Notes: generated from the letters alone by a model not told the origin. A stretch of 64,000 nt of DNA from Bacteroidales bacterium (GCA_049975425.1 JBNGDI010000005.1:24277-88276), one strand, 5' to 3'; counted from the stretch's first letter, positions 18,728 through 28,904 are shown. Numbers and translations: made by a program.

Positions 18728-19639
18728 ATGAGCATCTGGCAGGAATATATCCGGTCGTATCTGAGTTACCTGCGTCTAGAGAAATCGGTTTCCCCGAATA
18801 CCCTGCAAGCCTACGAAAGGGATGTAAAAGGGTTTACCTCCTGGCTGAAAAGTCAGCACCCCGGTCGTCCGCCGGAAGAAGTCAGACCGGAACTCCTGCA
18901 GGAATACCTGGTAGAACTGTCCACCCTGGGCATCGGGGCCCGCTCGCAGGCACGTATTGTTTCAGGTATCCGGTCATTTTTTCGTTACCTGCTGCTGGAT
19001 GATAAAATACCATCCGATCCGTCGGCACAGCTGGAAACGCCGAAAATCGGCCGGAAACTGCCAGAGGTACTCAGCGTGCACGAGATTGATGCCATGCTGC
19101 AAACCATCGATCTGAGCAGCCCCACCGGCCAGCGGAACAAAGCCATGATCGAAACCATGTACAGCTGCGGTTTGCGAGTATCCGAACTGGTGAATCTGAA
19201 GTTGTCGAACCTTTACTTCAAACAAGAATTCATCCGGATTGAGGGAAAAGGCAATAAGGAACGGATGGTCCCTGTCGGCAGCAAAGCCTTGAAAGAAATC
19301 GGCCTTTGGCTGGAAATCCGCCGCGGGAACCTGAACATCCGGCCCGGGGAAGAAGACATTGTGTTCCTGAACCGGCGGGGCCACCGGCTCACCCGGGCCA
19401 TGGTGTTTGAAATCGTGAAAAACCTGGCATCACAGGCAGGCATCAAAAAACATGTCAGCCCCCACACATTTCGCCATTCCTTCGCCACACACCTTATTGA
19501 CGGGGGCGCTGACCTGAGGGCGGTACAGGAAATGCTCGGACACGAATCCATCCTCACAACTGAAATTTACACCCACCTCGACAGGGAATACCTGCGGGAA
19601 GCCATCATCAGCTTCCATCCCAGAGGAAGAAAAGCTTAG
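18728..19639 (+). CDS. xerD: site-specific tyrosine recombinase XerD
   Basis: N-terminal SAM-like domain (YLSYLRLEKSVSPNTLQAYERDV). Catalytic residues R (GLRVSEL), HTFRHSFATHL, LGHESILTTEIYTH. It is divergent from aroQ. Confidence 0.85.
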   Translation: MSIWQEYIRSYLSYLRLEKSVSPNTLQAYERDVKGFTSWLKSQHPGRPPEEVRPELLQEYLVELSTLGIGARSQARIVSGIRSFFRYLLLDDKIPSDPSAQLETPKIGRKLPEVLSVHEIDAMLQTIDLSSPTGQRNKAMIETMYSCGLRVSELVNLKLSNLYFKQEFIRIEGKGNKERMVPVGSKALKEIGLWLEIRRGNLNIRPGEEDIVFLNRRGHRLTRAMVFEIVKNLASQAGIKKHVSPHTFRHSFATHLIDGGADLRAVQEMLGHESILTTEIYTHLDREYLREAIISFHPRGRKA

Positions 19640-19747
19640 ACAAATTTATTCGCCCCCGGGTTTTACTAAGTCTGTAAATATTATTTACTGCTTTGTGAAC
19701 ATATGTGAACGATATTGTTTTGTTATTCTGATATATAATATATTTAT

Positions 19748-19791
19748 CTACGTAGTATACTACGTAGTATACTACGTAGTTTACTACGTAG
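19748..19791. repeat. 4 x 12-bp tandem array of the 8-bp palindrome CTACGTAG (array A)
   Basis: Read directly: CTACGTAG TATA CTACGTAG TATA CTACGTAG TTTA CTACGTAG. The first 32 bp are at once a perfect tandem repeat and a perfect palindrome. It begins 109 bp after the xerD stop, in AT-rich DNA. Confidence 0.95.
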
Positions 19792-20110
19792 TCTCTTGTT
19801 TGGACAAGTACTTCAGAGAAAATCGCAGGTCTGTTTCAATATTTAGTATCATTCTATCATTCAGTCATATACTGAATACATACTTTCACCCATCAGCCAA
19901 ATAACACGATTTTTTACAATTTTATGAATAATGAGGATATTCATCCCGCCACCCTTTTTTTTACTTCGTTCAATAACCGGAAAGAAAAACGGAAAGTGGG
20001 AAAATAACATTGAAAAATCTGCTTCAGGTGAGTACAACATATAATTTTTGGTATTAAATTACCGCAAAAAAATTTTCAATTACCCGTTTTAATTGACAAA
20101 CCTCTTTCGC

Positions 20111-21145
20111 ATGAAATCTAGCGGCATTCCATTTACCGGACCGGTGGCCCTGTGGTGCCTGATCCTGTGCTGTGTTACGTCGAACACCTTTTCGCAGGAT
20201 ATCATTTTGAAGCGTTCCGGTGAAGAAATCCATGCCCGGGTTATGGAGGTCGGTTCCGATAAAGTTACGTACAAAAGGTATGATAACCTGAACGGTCCTT
20301 CCTATGTGCTCGGAATTTCAGAAATTGTCAGGATCAGGTATGAAAACGGAACGGAAGATATCTTCAACCCGGCAAAAGAAGAGCCACCAGTTGCAGAAAA
20401 TGATTCTCTTCCGGCCGAAGCTGCACAACCGGAAACAAAAACTTTCAGACCCTACCTGGGAGGCGGCTTTCAAATCATGGCCCACCACGGCATATACGGG
20501 GGCAATGTGCCGGCCAGGCCACAGGGGGGTGAGTTCTATCCTGCCGGAGGTGATCCCTACACCGGCCCCGGTTTCGGCGTCAATATTTTTTACCGCCTGG
20601 CTCCCTTTATTTCCGTATACTTCGATATCAACAACCTCACCAGCTCCACACCGGTTGCCTACAAAGGAGGGTATGCCACCAGCAGCTGGATTTACGAAAT
20701 GACCGGATGGAATGACGACATAATAGGTCCGTTCACTGAAAATGCCAATTACAATATCAATACCACCGGCATCCGGCTGGGCGCCAGGATTTATCCCCTG
20801 AACAAAAACCAGCTACAGCCATGGATCGGCATTTATTACGGTTACTATTCGGTCAATGTGGGTATTTATAACGATAGCAAACAACAAACCTACGGAAATA
20901 CCTCCCTGGATGTTCACGGGCCCTTATTCATGAATTTTGGGGTGGATTTCTGGGACAAATCGAAAAGCTTCGGAGCCAGCCTGTTTTTTGAAGGGGGCGC
21001 ACCAATAGCACAGGATTATACCATCGAAAACTGCCTGCACGAAGGATGGAATTATGAGGATTACGGTGACGCAGGAGGATTTCATATCTACGGATCTTAC
21101 CGCATCGGTCTCAGTGTAAATTTTATTTCCGGGAAAAATAAATAA
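20111..21145 (+). CDS. hypothetical secreted / outer-membrane beta-barrel-like protein
   Basis: Signal peptide MKSSGIPFTGPVALWCLILCCVTSNTFSQ. A small N-terminal domain (DIILKRSGEEIHARVMEVGSDKVTYKRY) is followed by a Gly/Tyr/Asn-rich region with alternating hydrophobic residues. I recognise no family. Confidence 0.4.
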   Translation: MKSSGIPFTGPVALWCLILCCVTSNTFSQDIILKRSGEEIHARVMEVGSDKVTYKRYDNLNGPSYVLGISEIVRIRYENGTEDIFNPAKEEPPVAENDSLPAEAAQPETKTFRPYLGGGFQIMAHHGIYGGNVPARPQGGEFYPAGGDPYTGPGFGVNIFYRLAPFISVYFDINNLTSSTPVAYKGGYATSSWIYEMTGWNDDIIGPFTENANYNINTTGIRLGARIYPLNKNQLQPWIGIYYGYYSVNVGIYNDSKQQTYGNTSLDVHGPLFMNFGVDFWDKSKSFGASLFFEGGAPIAQDYTIENCLHEGWNYEDYGDAGGFHIYGSYRIGLSVNFISGKNK

Positions 21146-21170
21146 AACCGGCAACCGGTTTTTATTTATT
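21144..21170 (+). terminator. intrinsic terminator after the hypothetical OMP-like gene
   Basis: AAAACCGG-caa-CCGGTTTT followed by a T-rich run (TTTATTTATTTTT). Confidence 0.6.
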
Positions 21171-21237
21171 TTTCTATGTTTGCCCTGTCTCATCTTTCAT
21201 GTTGAGTAGGGCAGAATTTTATAAACACTTTTACATC

Positions 21238-23661
21238 ATGAAATATTTCCTTAGCCTGGTTCTGCTATTACAGTTCATTCTTATTCAGTCATCGGCACAA
21301 ATCCATTCCGGCTTTCACGAGAAGATCAACGACCAGTGGAAATTCAGGAAAGGGGACCATCCGGAAGCAGCTCTCCCCGGTTTTAACGATAACCGGTGGA
21401 GAACCCTGGACCTGCCCCACGACTGGAGTGTAGAAGGACCCTACAGCCCTGACCTGGCCAGTGCCACAGGTTACCTGCCGGGTGGCATAGCCTGGTACCG
21501 TAAAACCCTGCACATTCCGGAAAATCAAACCGGCAACACGGTATACCTTTATTTTGAAGGAATATACCGGAACGGCGAGGTGTTTGTTAACGGGAAATCA
21601 CCGGGAATGAGGCCTAACGGATATATTTCCTATTACTATGATATCACCCCCTTCATTCGCTTCGGGGAGGATAACACCCTGGCCGTAAGGGTAGACCACA
21701 GCCAATATGCCGATTCCCGCTGGTATACCGGGTCGGGTATCTATCGAAACGTGTATATGGTCTATGCCCATCCGGTCCATATCAGTCCATGGGGGTTGTA
21801 TATCACCACTCCATCGGTTACGGAAAAAGAGGCGCTGATGGAAGTACAGACTACCCTGCAGAACACCTCCGGAAAGAATGAAATCATACGCATTGTCCAC
21901 CGCCTGGAAACCCCTGAAGGGAATACCGTGGCCAGTACCTCAAGCAGGATCCGGATCCCGGCGGAAGACTCCACAACCCTTACCCGGCAACTCAAAGTAA
22001 AACAGCCCCGCCTGTGGTCGGTGGACGATCCGTATCTCTATTCCCTGCATACTGAACTCTACCTCGGAAACAAGTCCATCAGCCATACGGTACAACCCAC
22101 CGGCATACGTACCCTGGCTTTCGACCCGGACCTGGGATTCTTTCTGAATGGAAAGAACATGAAGGTAAAAGGCGTATGCCTCCACCACGACGCCGGCTGC
22201 CTGGGTGCAGCCGTTCCGAAAGAAGTGTGGAAACGCCGGCTGCTCACCCTGAAATCCCTCGGGTGCAATGCCATCCGTACAAGCCACAACCCCCAGGCGC
22301 CCGATCTGTACAACCTGTGTGATGAGTTGGGATTGCTGGTACTGAACGAAGCCTTTGATGAATGGGAGTTCCCCAAGAAAAAATGGCTGGACGGCTGGAA
22401 TGTGGGGGAGCCAGGGTTTCAGGGACATGCGGAATTTTTTGAAGAATGGGGCGAAAAAGACCTGAGGGACATGATCCTGCGAGACCGGAATCATCCTTCC
22501 GTATTCATGTGGAGCATTGGAAACGAAGTGGATTACCCGAACGACCCGTATTCCCACCCCATTCTTGACCGGGAAGGCATCAGGCAGCAGCACACCCACG
22601 GGTACCTGCCCAATCAGCCCGATGCGCGGAGGCTGGGCGACATTGCCCGCCGGCTGGCTGCCGTTGTAAAAACACACGATCCTTCCAGGCCGGTAACCGC
22701 AGGGCTGGCCGGCCCCGTCATGTCGAACGAAACCGATTACCCCGACGCCCTGGATGTGGTGGGATACAACTACAACGAATACCGTTACGAGCAGGATCAT
22801 GCCGCTTATCCCGACCGTGTTCTTTACGGAAGTGAAACAGGACATTCTTTGGAATCCTGGAAGGCTGTGAGTGATAACGATTACATATTCGGCCAGTTCC
22901 TGTGGACGGGCATCAATTATCTCGGAGAAGCACATGCCTGGCCTTCACGCGGATTTACTTCCGGCCTGCTCGACCTGGCCGGCTTCATCAAACCCCGCGG
23001 CTGGTTCCGGAAAAGCCTGTGGTCTGACGAGCCCATGATATACCTGGGCACCTACCCCGTTCCGCGTGGCAGGCGGTCAGATTACCTTTCCATCGATGCT
23101 CCGCCTGTGTGGAATTATGAGGCAGGAGATACCATCCGGGTGGTAGCGTATACCAACTGCCCTGAAGCCAGGTTGCTGCTGAACGGAAAACAGGCCGGAG
23201 AGATCCGCACCTGTGACAACCAGACCGGGATCATATACTGGGATATTCCCTTTGAACCCGGGAAGCTGGAAGCCGCGGGGATCAGAGACGGCCGGGAATC
23301 AGCCAGGTTTACCGTGGCAACCAGCAAGCGCCCGCACACCATTCGTGCCGAGGTGATAAATCCCGTGGTCGCCCGCGACAAAGGAATTGCGCATATCAAA
23401 ATCCGGATCATGGACGAGGACGGAAACCCCGTTTTCCTTTCCGACAACGAGATCACCTGCACCGTGGAAGGGCCTGCCAGGCTGCTGGGATTGGAAGCAA
23501 GCGATCCCCGCGACATGGGCAATTATACCGATCATGTCCAGCGCGTGTATCAGGGCAACATGCTGGCCTACATTCAGGCCACAGGGGAAGCGGGCACTGC
23601 CCGGATTACTTTTGCTTCCCCCTGGCTTCAGCCGGCCGTGGTGGAGGTGCGAATGGAATAA
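21238..23661 (+). CDS. glycoside hydrolase family 2 (beta-galactosidase-like)
   Basis: Signal peptide MKYFLSLVLLLQFILIQSSAQ. GH2 sugar-binding N-domain (LPHDWSVEG, GIAWYRKTL). TIM barrel with NAIRTSHNP and WSIGNEV (acid/base Glu context). Confidence 0.8.
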   Translation: MKYFLSLVLLLQFILIQSSAQIHSGFHEKINDQWKFRKGDHPEAALPGFNDNRWRTLDLPHDWSVEGPYSPDLASATGYLPGGIAWYRKTLHIPENQTGNTVYLYFEGIYRNGEVFVNGKSPGMRPNGYISYYYDITPFIRFGEDNTLAVRVDHSQYADSRWYTGSGIYRNVYMVYAHPVHISPWGLYITTPSVTEKEALMEVQTTLQNTSGKNEIIRIVHRLETPEGNTVASTSSRIRIPAEDSTTLTRQLKVKQPRLWSVDDPYLYSLHTELYLGNKSISHTVQPTGIRTLAFDPDLGFFLNGKNMKVKGVCLHHDAGCLGAAVPKEVWKRRLLTLKSLGCNAIRTSHNPQAPDLYNLCDELGLLVLNEAFDEWEFPKKKWLDGWNVGEPGFQGHAEFFEEWGEKDLRDMILRDRNHPSVFMWSIGNEVDYPNDPYSHPILDREGIRQQHTHGYLPNQPDARRLGDIARRLAAVVKTHDPSRPVTAGLAGPVMSNETDYPDALDVVGYNYNEYRYEQDHAAYPDRVLYGSETGHSLESWKAVSDNDYIFGQFLWTGINYLGEAHAWPSRGFTSGLLDLAGFIKPRGWFRKSLWSDEPMIYLGTYPVPRGRRSDYLSIDAPPVWNYEAGDTIRVVAYTNCPEARLLLNGKQAGEIRTCDNQTGIIYWDIPFEPGKLEAAGIRDGRESARFTVATSKRPHTIRAEVINPVVARDKGIAHIKIRIMDEDGNPVFLSDNEITCTVEGPARLLGLEASDPRDMGNYTDHVQRVYQGNMLAYIQATGEAGTARITFASPWLQPAVVEVRME

Positions 23662-23696
23662 ACCCGGTAGTTCTCCGGAAAAACAGGATGAGCCGG

Positions 23697-25616
23697 TTAT
23701 TCCCTGGCGGGCGGTTCGTTCATAACCGACGAACGGGAGACGGGCCAGTAGATCATATACCTCGCCTCGTGCACCGTATAGAACGGAACCAGTTCCAGGT
23801 TGCGGTATTCTTCCTGCTCAATCAATCCGGGCATACGGAAAGTAAGGGGTTTGCCTTCCACCGGCTTCACTTCAGATATAAAACCGGGAGAAACGGGGGC
23901 AATTGTTGGGGTTTCTTCCAGAGGATACCGTGGCCCTGAAGGTATGTGATCGTTCCTTCCCGATCCGGCAAACAACCCTTCCAGATTGGTGGTATCGGTC
24001 ACGGAAGCCAGCACCAGCGGCCCGTGTAAAAAAGCAATCCAGTTTCGTGTATTGGGAAGGGTTTCATAATACGTATGCATTGGCAGGCTCACACTGACCA
24101 CATCGCTGTTTTTCCATTTCCTTTCGATAGCCACCCAGGAGGAGTTCAGCCATTCCGTAGCCACCGGTTCGCCATTCACCTGCACTGTCAGCTCACCCGA
24201 TCTCACCCAGCGCGGATTTCTGATATACAGAACAAAGCGTGTATCCTTTTTCAGGGAAAGTCTGAGCTCGGTCTGTTCTTCCAGCGGAAATTCGGTTACC
24301 TGTTCAAGTACCAGGTCCTTTTCCTTCCAGTGCAGAGTGGAAGGAATGAAGAGGTTAACATACAATGCCTTCTTGTTACGGGCATAGATCATTTCCCCGT
24401 ATTTCCCGTGATTTTCCAGTCCCGATCCCACACAGCACCAGAAACAGGAATCGGGGCGGGAATACACACGGTAATGCCGTGGCCTCAGTGGGGTGAAATA
24501 AACAAACCCCCCGTCGGGATGCTGGGTTGTAAGAATATGGTTATACAGGGCCCTTTCATAGAAATCCATATACCGGGATTCGGGTTGTGCAAGATACAGC
24601 ATTTCGGTCAGCCTCAGCATATTGCAGGTATTGCAGGTTTCCGGCCCGGTGATCGAATTCATCGCCCTTTCGAAGCGGCCGGGTGCATGAAAATGTTCGT
24701 TGTCGCTGTTTCCGCCAATGACGAAAGTTCGGTTCCGCACCACGGTTTGCCAGAAAAATTCCGCTGCCCGTGCCCAGGCCGTATCGTTGTCGAGTTCGGC
24801 AATACGCCGGTAACCAATTACTTTGGGGATCTGGGTGTTGGCATGTTTTCCGGTCAGTTCGTCTTTTCCTTCCATCAGGGGATGGAGTATTTCCCGGTGG
24901 GAGAACCTTCTGGCCAGGGTAAGGTATTTTTCATCGCCGGTAATCCGGTATATATCAGCCAGCACTTCGTTCATGCCGCCATGCTCACACCTCAGCATAT
25001 CCTGCATCTGCTCGTCCGTCAGATTATCCGTAAGGTGGTAACACCAGTCGGCCAGCCCTTCAAGAACCTCCCGGGCTTTTTCTACTCCGGTCACCTCCCA
25101 TGCATCGCGCAAACCCGCGAACACTTTGTGCAGGTTATACCAGGGAACCCATGCCCCGTTCAGGGAAAACGGTTCGGCCTGTATATCCCCGGCGGCAATT
25201 TGTTCCCACAGGGCTTCGGATCCGGGAACGCCACCCACATATCCGTTCCCGTGCTCTTCCTGGCATTTTCCCAGCCAGTCGATCATATATTTCAGGCGTT
25301 CGAGCAGTTCCTCATTCCCCGTGGAAGCGTACATAAAAGCCAGAGCACTGAGGTAATGGCCTCCGATATGCCCGTTCAGTCCCGTATTTTCCCAGTTCCC
25401 ATATCCTTCCTTCAGGGGAGTTAATCCGGCTTCTGTAAGATAAGGAGCCAGCAACCGGTCAGGATCCAGAGCCAGGATATACTGCATATCGGCCTGCTGT
25501 GCCCCGTAAAACGGACTTCCCTCGGCAAGTTGTACATCGGACAGGGGAAATAATTCCATTTCGCCGGCAGGTTGTTCGCTGCAGCCTACCAGGACGACTA
25601 CAGCCATTATCCACAT
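23697..25616 (-). CDS. GH127/GH146-type (DUF1680) beta-L-arabinofuranosidase lipoprotein
   Basis: Lipoprotein signal MWIMAVVVLVGCSEQ. GHIGGHYLSALAFMY, the Cys-rich Zn/catalytic motif FWCCVGSGLENHGKYGE, and about 640 aa length typical of the family. Confidence 0.75.
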   Translation of the reverse strand: MWIMAVVVLVGCSEQPAGEMELFPLSDVQLAEGSPFYGAQQADMQYILALDPDRLLAPYLTEAGLTPLKEGYGNWENTGLNGHIGGHYLSALAFMYASTGNEELLERLKYMIDWLGKCQEEHGNGYVGGVPGSEALWEQIAAGDIQAEPFSLNGAWVPWYNLHKVFAGLRDAWEVTGVEKAREVLEGLADWCYHLTDNLTDEQMQDMLRCEHGGMNEVLADIYRITGDEKYLTLARRFSHREILHPLMEGKDELTGKHANTQIPKVIGYRRIAELDNDTAWARAAEFFWQTVVRNRTFVIGGNSDNEHFHAPGRFERAMNSITGPETCNTCNMLRLTEMLYLAQPESRYMDFYERALYNHILTTQHPDGGFVYFTPLRPRHYRVYSRPDSCFWCCVGSGLENHGKYGEMIYARNKKALYVNLFIPSTLHWKEKDLVLEQVTEFPLEEQTELRLSLKKDTRFVLYIRNPRWVRSGELTVQVNGEPVATEWLNSSWVAIERKWKNSDVVSVSLPMHTYYETLPNTRNWIAFLHGPLVLASVTDTTNLEGLFAGSGRNDHIPSGPRYPLEETPTIAPVSPGFISEVKPVEGKPLTFRMPGLIEQEEYRNLELVPFYTVHEARYMIYWPVSRSSVMNEPPARE

Positions 25617-25699
25617 AATTTTTTTCGTTGTATTCAATTTTACGCAGAATTTTTTTCGTGAATATACTGATGATGAAAGGTTATTTCCAGCCCGGTCAA

Positions 25700-25736
25700 C
25701 AAAAAATCCGGGCATGAAAGCTTTTCCTGCCCGGAT
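25700..25736 (-). terminator. intrinsic terminator after the GH51 gene
   Basis: Minus-strand RNA reads AUCCGGGCA-13 nt loop-UGCCCGGAU followed by UUUUUU. 9-bp stem at 25736-25728 / 25714-25706. Confidence 0.6.
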
Positions 25737-25770
25737 TATAATCATCAGGTGGTCCGGATACGTTTTCGGA

Positions 25771-27360
25771 TTATCTGATTTCGCCTATCAGCATGGTGAA
25801 CGAATGGGGCGGGAAAGTATAGGTAAAGACATCTCCCGAAGCCCTGACAGAAGGTTTGGTTTCGGTTTTTACCAGGGTTTTGCCGAAGTCGTTCCGGGCT
25901 TTCACGTCAGGCCCGTTCACTTCGTACACCTCGAAATTTCCCCTGAACCTGCCGGTCTGGGAAATAATCTCAGTTTCAATCGGCTGGTCTTTATGCCGGT
26001 TCACCACAGCGATCACCACTTTTCCGTCTTTATAAACAGAAGACACGTCCAGGTAAGGAACGTTTGTCTGACGGGTGGTTTTTTCGCCCAGTCCGATAAA
26101 GAATTCATCGGTATCATAGGTATCGCAATCCACAAAGATATCCAGGGCGGTCCCATGGGCATACTTCGAAAACAACTGGAATGGATAATAGATGGTTTGT
26201 TTGAACATATCGGTTTCGCTGGTAAAGATAGGCCCGATCACATTCACCAGCTGTGCCATATTGGCCATTTTCACGATGTCGGCATTCCGGATAAAGCCGT
26301 TCAGGAAGGAGGCAATCACCAGGGCATCTTCCAGATTATATATTTCTTCCAGGGCACGATCACCCCGCATGTTATCTCCCGTGCGTGCCCGGTACCATAC
26401 ATTGTACTCATCCCAGGCAATGTAGATGGGGTCCCTGCCTGCCCGGTCGGCATCCTGCATCACTTCCAGGATCATGCCCCTGACGATCTGGGTGCGCTGG
26501 TCCATAACGTGGGGTGTAGACATAAAATTGTAATAGTTATCGTCGGGATTCCCAACATAAATATGCAGGGCAATATAATCGATCACATCCTTCAGTTCGT
26601 GCAGAATAGTCTGGTTCCAGGCATCAGGATCGGCCCATGGGCGGTAGTTGGAAGAACCTGCGGCGATCAGCTTGATATCGGGATCGGTAAGCCGCATCAG
26701 CTTGGCTGTTTCCCGTGCTTTTTTGGAATAGTCTTCTGCATTCAGGTGTCCCATCTGCCAGAACCCGTCCATTTCATTACCCAGGCTCCAGTATTTAATA
26801 CGATAGGGTTCGGGGAAACCGTGCTTTTTCCTCAGTTCGGCATAATAAGGTCCTTCCTTCACATTGGTGTACTCCAGCCAGCGCTGGGCCTCCTCGATGG
26901 TGCCCGTACCCATGTTCACGGCAAAATACGGCTCGGCACCGACCTTTTCACAGAATTTCATGAATTCATTGGTGCCAAATTCATTGGTTTCCAGTCTGTG
27001 CCAGGCCAGCTCCATCCGGGGGACACGTTCCGGTCCCACCCCGTCGAGCCAGTGGTAATTCGAAACAAAATTTCCGCCGGGGTAACGGATGATGGGGATG
27101 TTCAAATCTTTCACGGCTTCCAGCACATCTTTCCTGAAACCGTCTTCATCGGCCAGAGGAGATCCGGGATCATAAATACCTCCGTACACGCAACGGCCCA
27201 GATGTTCAACAAAATTACCGTAAATCATCGGATTCACCTCGCCAATAGTCCGGTCGATATCAATTTTTATCTTCGCCTTCTGCCCTTGCAGAAAAGTCCA
27301 GGGAGTTCCTGCCAGGACAAGTCCTAAAACAAATGTTCGTAAAAGTTTTCTTTTGCTCAT
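25771..27360 (-). CDS. alpha-L-arabinofuranosidase, GH51
   Basis: IRYPGGNFVSNYHWLDGVGP and WSLGNEMDGFWQMGH (acid/base Glu) are classic GH51 motifs. An N-terminal signal peptide is present. Confidence 0.85.
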   Translation of the reverse strand: MSKRKLLRTFVLGLVLAGTPWTFLQGQKAKIKIDIDRTIGEVNPMIYGNFVEHLGRCVYGGIYDPGSPLADEDGFRKDVLEAVKDLNIPIIRYPGGNFVSNYHWLDGVGPERVPRMELAWHRLETNEFGTNEFMKFCEKVGAEPYFAVNMGTGTIEEAQRWLEYTNVKEGPYYAELRKKHGFPEPYRIKYWSLGNEMDGFWQMGHLNAEDYSKKARETAKLMRLTDPDIKLIAAGSSNYRPWADPDAWNQTILHELKDVIDYIALHIYVGNPDDNYYNFMSTPHVMDQRTQIVRGMILEVMQDADRAGRDPIYIAWDEYNVWYRARTGDNMRGDRALEEIYNLEDALVIASFLNGFIRNADIVKMANMAQLVNVIGPIFTSETDMFKQTIYYPFQLFSKYAHGTALDIFVDCDTYDTDEFFIGLGEKTTRQTNVPYLDVSSVYKDGKVVIAVVNRHKDQPIETEIISQTGRFRGNFEVYEVNGPDVKARNDFGKTLVKTETKPSVRASGDVFTYTFPPHSFTMLIGEIR

Positions 27361-27441
27361 CTTCTCAGTTTTTAATAGTGGTTATCCTTATTTATTTTCG
27401 GTAAAGTGTAATAATAACAATTATTAACTGGTTTACCATTC

Positions 27442-28869
27442 CTAATCCACTTTCTTTCCCCAGCCTGCCAGACCTTCACTGGCAAGTCCGGTATACAGGA
27501 TGGTGCGGGTTCGTCTTTCCCAGTCCCATCCGTTCAGCACAGTGGCCTCGTACACGGTATCGCCGTTATTCAGGCTGAGTGTAAGAACCCCGTCGCTATA
27601 GGTCCAGAACGACTGGTTCTTTCCGCTTATGGATCCGCCTTCAATGAACTCAATCATGACCGATTCGTTTTTCGCTTCTGTATCCGCCAGGTCGATATGT
27701 TCCCATTTCCCCACAAGGTCGGCTTCCGAGATAGTGGTCTGCGGCACTCCTGCATAACGTTCGGGAGAGACAACGGGCCATCCCGAGGAGGTAAAAAACA
27801 TTTTCCTCAGATGGAGGTTCATCAGGTATTTATTGCTACCGGGCCGACCCTGGCTCACGAAATAATAATCTTCACCGTCCCTGAGCACTCCGTTATGGCC
27901 CACTCCCTGCCAGCCCGAGTGGTAATCGAATTGATATTGCGCGGTGATCATGGGCAGGTTATCTCCCAGCTGGGCCATATCGTTCCCATAAATATCATAG
28001 TACGGGCCATCGGGACTGTCAGACCGGCCCACACGCACGTTATAGCTGTCTTCCAGCCAACCGTATGACACGAACAGATAGTACTGCTGCCTTCCGGGAT
28101 GATACAGTATCTCGGGCCCTTCAATCGCATCCATATACTGGTTTCTGAAAGCAATTCGTTCCCCCGAATCGCCGGGGCTCAGGAGCATGCCGGTAGCCGG
28201 ATCCAGTTCCACCATGTAAATTCCTGCAAAATAGGAGCCATAGGCCATCCAGTGCTGTCCGGTTTCGGCGTCCACAACCACCGTCGGATCAATGGCATTG
28301 ATCTCGTCCTGCTCATTGGTGGCGATGACAATCCCCTGATCTTCCCAGGGGCCTTCGGGCGAACTGCTGGTTGCCAGTCCGATGCACGAAATTTTCCGTC
28401 CGAAAATGGAGGCGGAATAATAGAGGCGAAAGGTATCCCCCACTTTCAGAATATAAGGAGCCCATATCCCGTTGGGTTCTCCTCCGTTCGATTCATCGAG
28501 TATGTATTGCAAAGCTGTCTGCGGGATCCCGTTAAAGGCCCAGCCAAGAAATTCCCAGTGCACCAGGTCTTTCGACCGTCTGAACATAGTCCCTTTCCTT
28601 TCAACGGGGTATCCGTACATCACATCGGTGGAAAATATATAATAATATTCTCCGTGCCTGATGATGGTGGGATCGTGCAGGTTATATGGCCCCCAGTAAG
28701 CTGAATTACTGATATGCGCCACTGAGCTGTAATCATCGGCAATCATCGGGTCATACGGATCCGGTTCTTCGTTTCCGTTGGGATCAGGCTCAGGATCCCT
28801 GCACGAAAAACACAAAATGGTCATCATCCCGATCCAGAGGATCCATCGCAAGGATATTTTCGTTACCAT
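27442..28869 (-). CDS. GH43 arabinan endo-1,5-alpha-L-arabinosidase-like lipoprotein
   Basis: Lipoprotein signal (ILCFSCRD). NLHDPTIIRHGEYYYIFSTD (catalytic Asp context), AIDPTVVVD, IEGPEILYH. Five-bladed propeller size plus a C-terminal beta-sandwich. Confidence 0.75.
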   Translation of the reverse strand: MVTKISLRWILWIGMMTILCFSCRDPEPDPNGNEEPDPYDPMIADDYSSVAHISNSAYWGPYNLHDPTIIRHGEYYYIFSTDVMYGYPVERKGTMFRRSKDLVHWEFLGWAFNGIPQTALQYILDESNGGEPNGIWAPYILKVGDTFRLYYSASIFGRKISCIGLATSSSPEGPWEDQGIVIATNEQDEINAIDPTVVVDAETGQHWMAYGSYFAGIYMVELDPATGMLLSPGDSGERIAFRNQYMDAIEGPEILYHPGRQQYYLFVSYGWLEDSYNVRVGRSDSPDGPYYDIYGNDMAQLGDNLPMITAQYQFDYHSGWQGVGHNGVLRDGEDYYFVSQGRPGSNKYLMNLHLRKMFFTSSGWPVVSPERYAGVPQTTISEADLVGKWEHIDLADTEAKNESVMIEFIEGGSISGKNQSFWTYSDGVLTLSLNNGDTVYEATVLNGWDWERRTRTILYTGLASEGLAGWGKKVD

Positions 28870-28904
28870 TTCCAGCGCTTTCCTTCTGATATTTTAAAAC
28901 CTTG

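Noticed and set aside
19695-19904. 69-aa ORF with VVYYVVYYVVYYVV
   Set aside because: It starts at GTG and is simply the translation of the CTACGTAG tandem array in AT-rich intergenic DNA. There is no coding signal.
25714-27327. 537-aa plus-strand ORF
   Set aside because: It lies entirely antisense to the GH51 gene, whose translation carries clear family motifs. The antisense product is low-complexity (G/H/P/I/F-rich) with no recognisable motif, so it is a shadow ORF.
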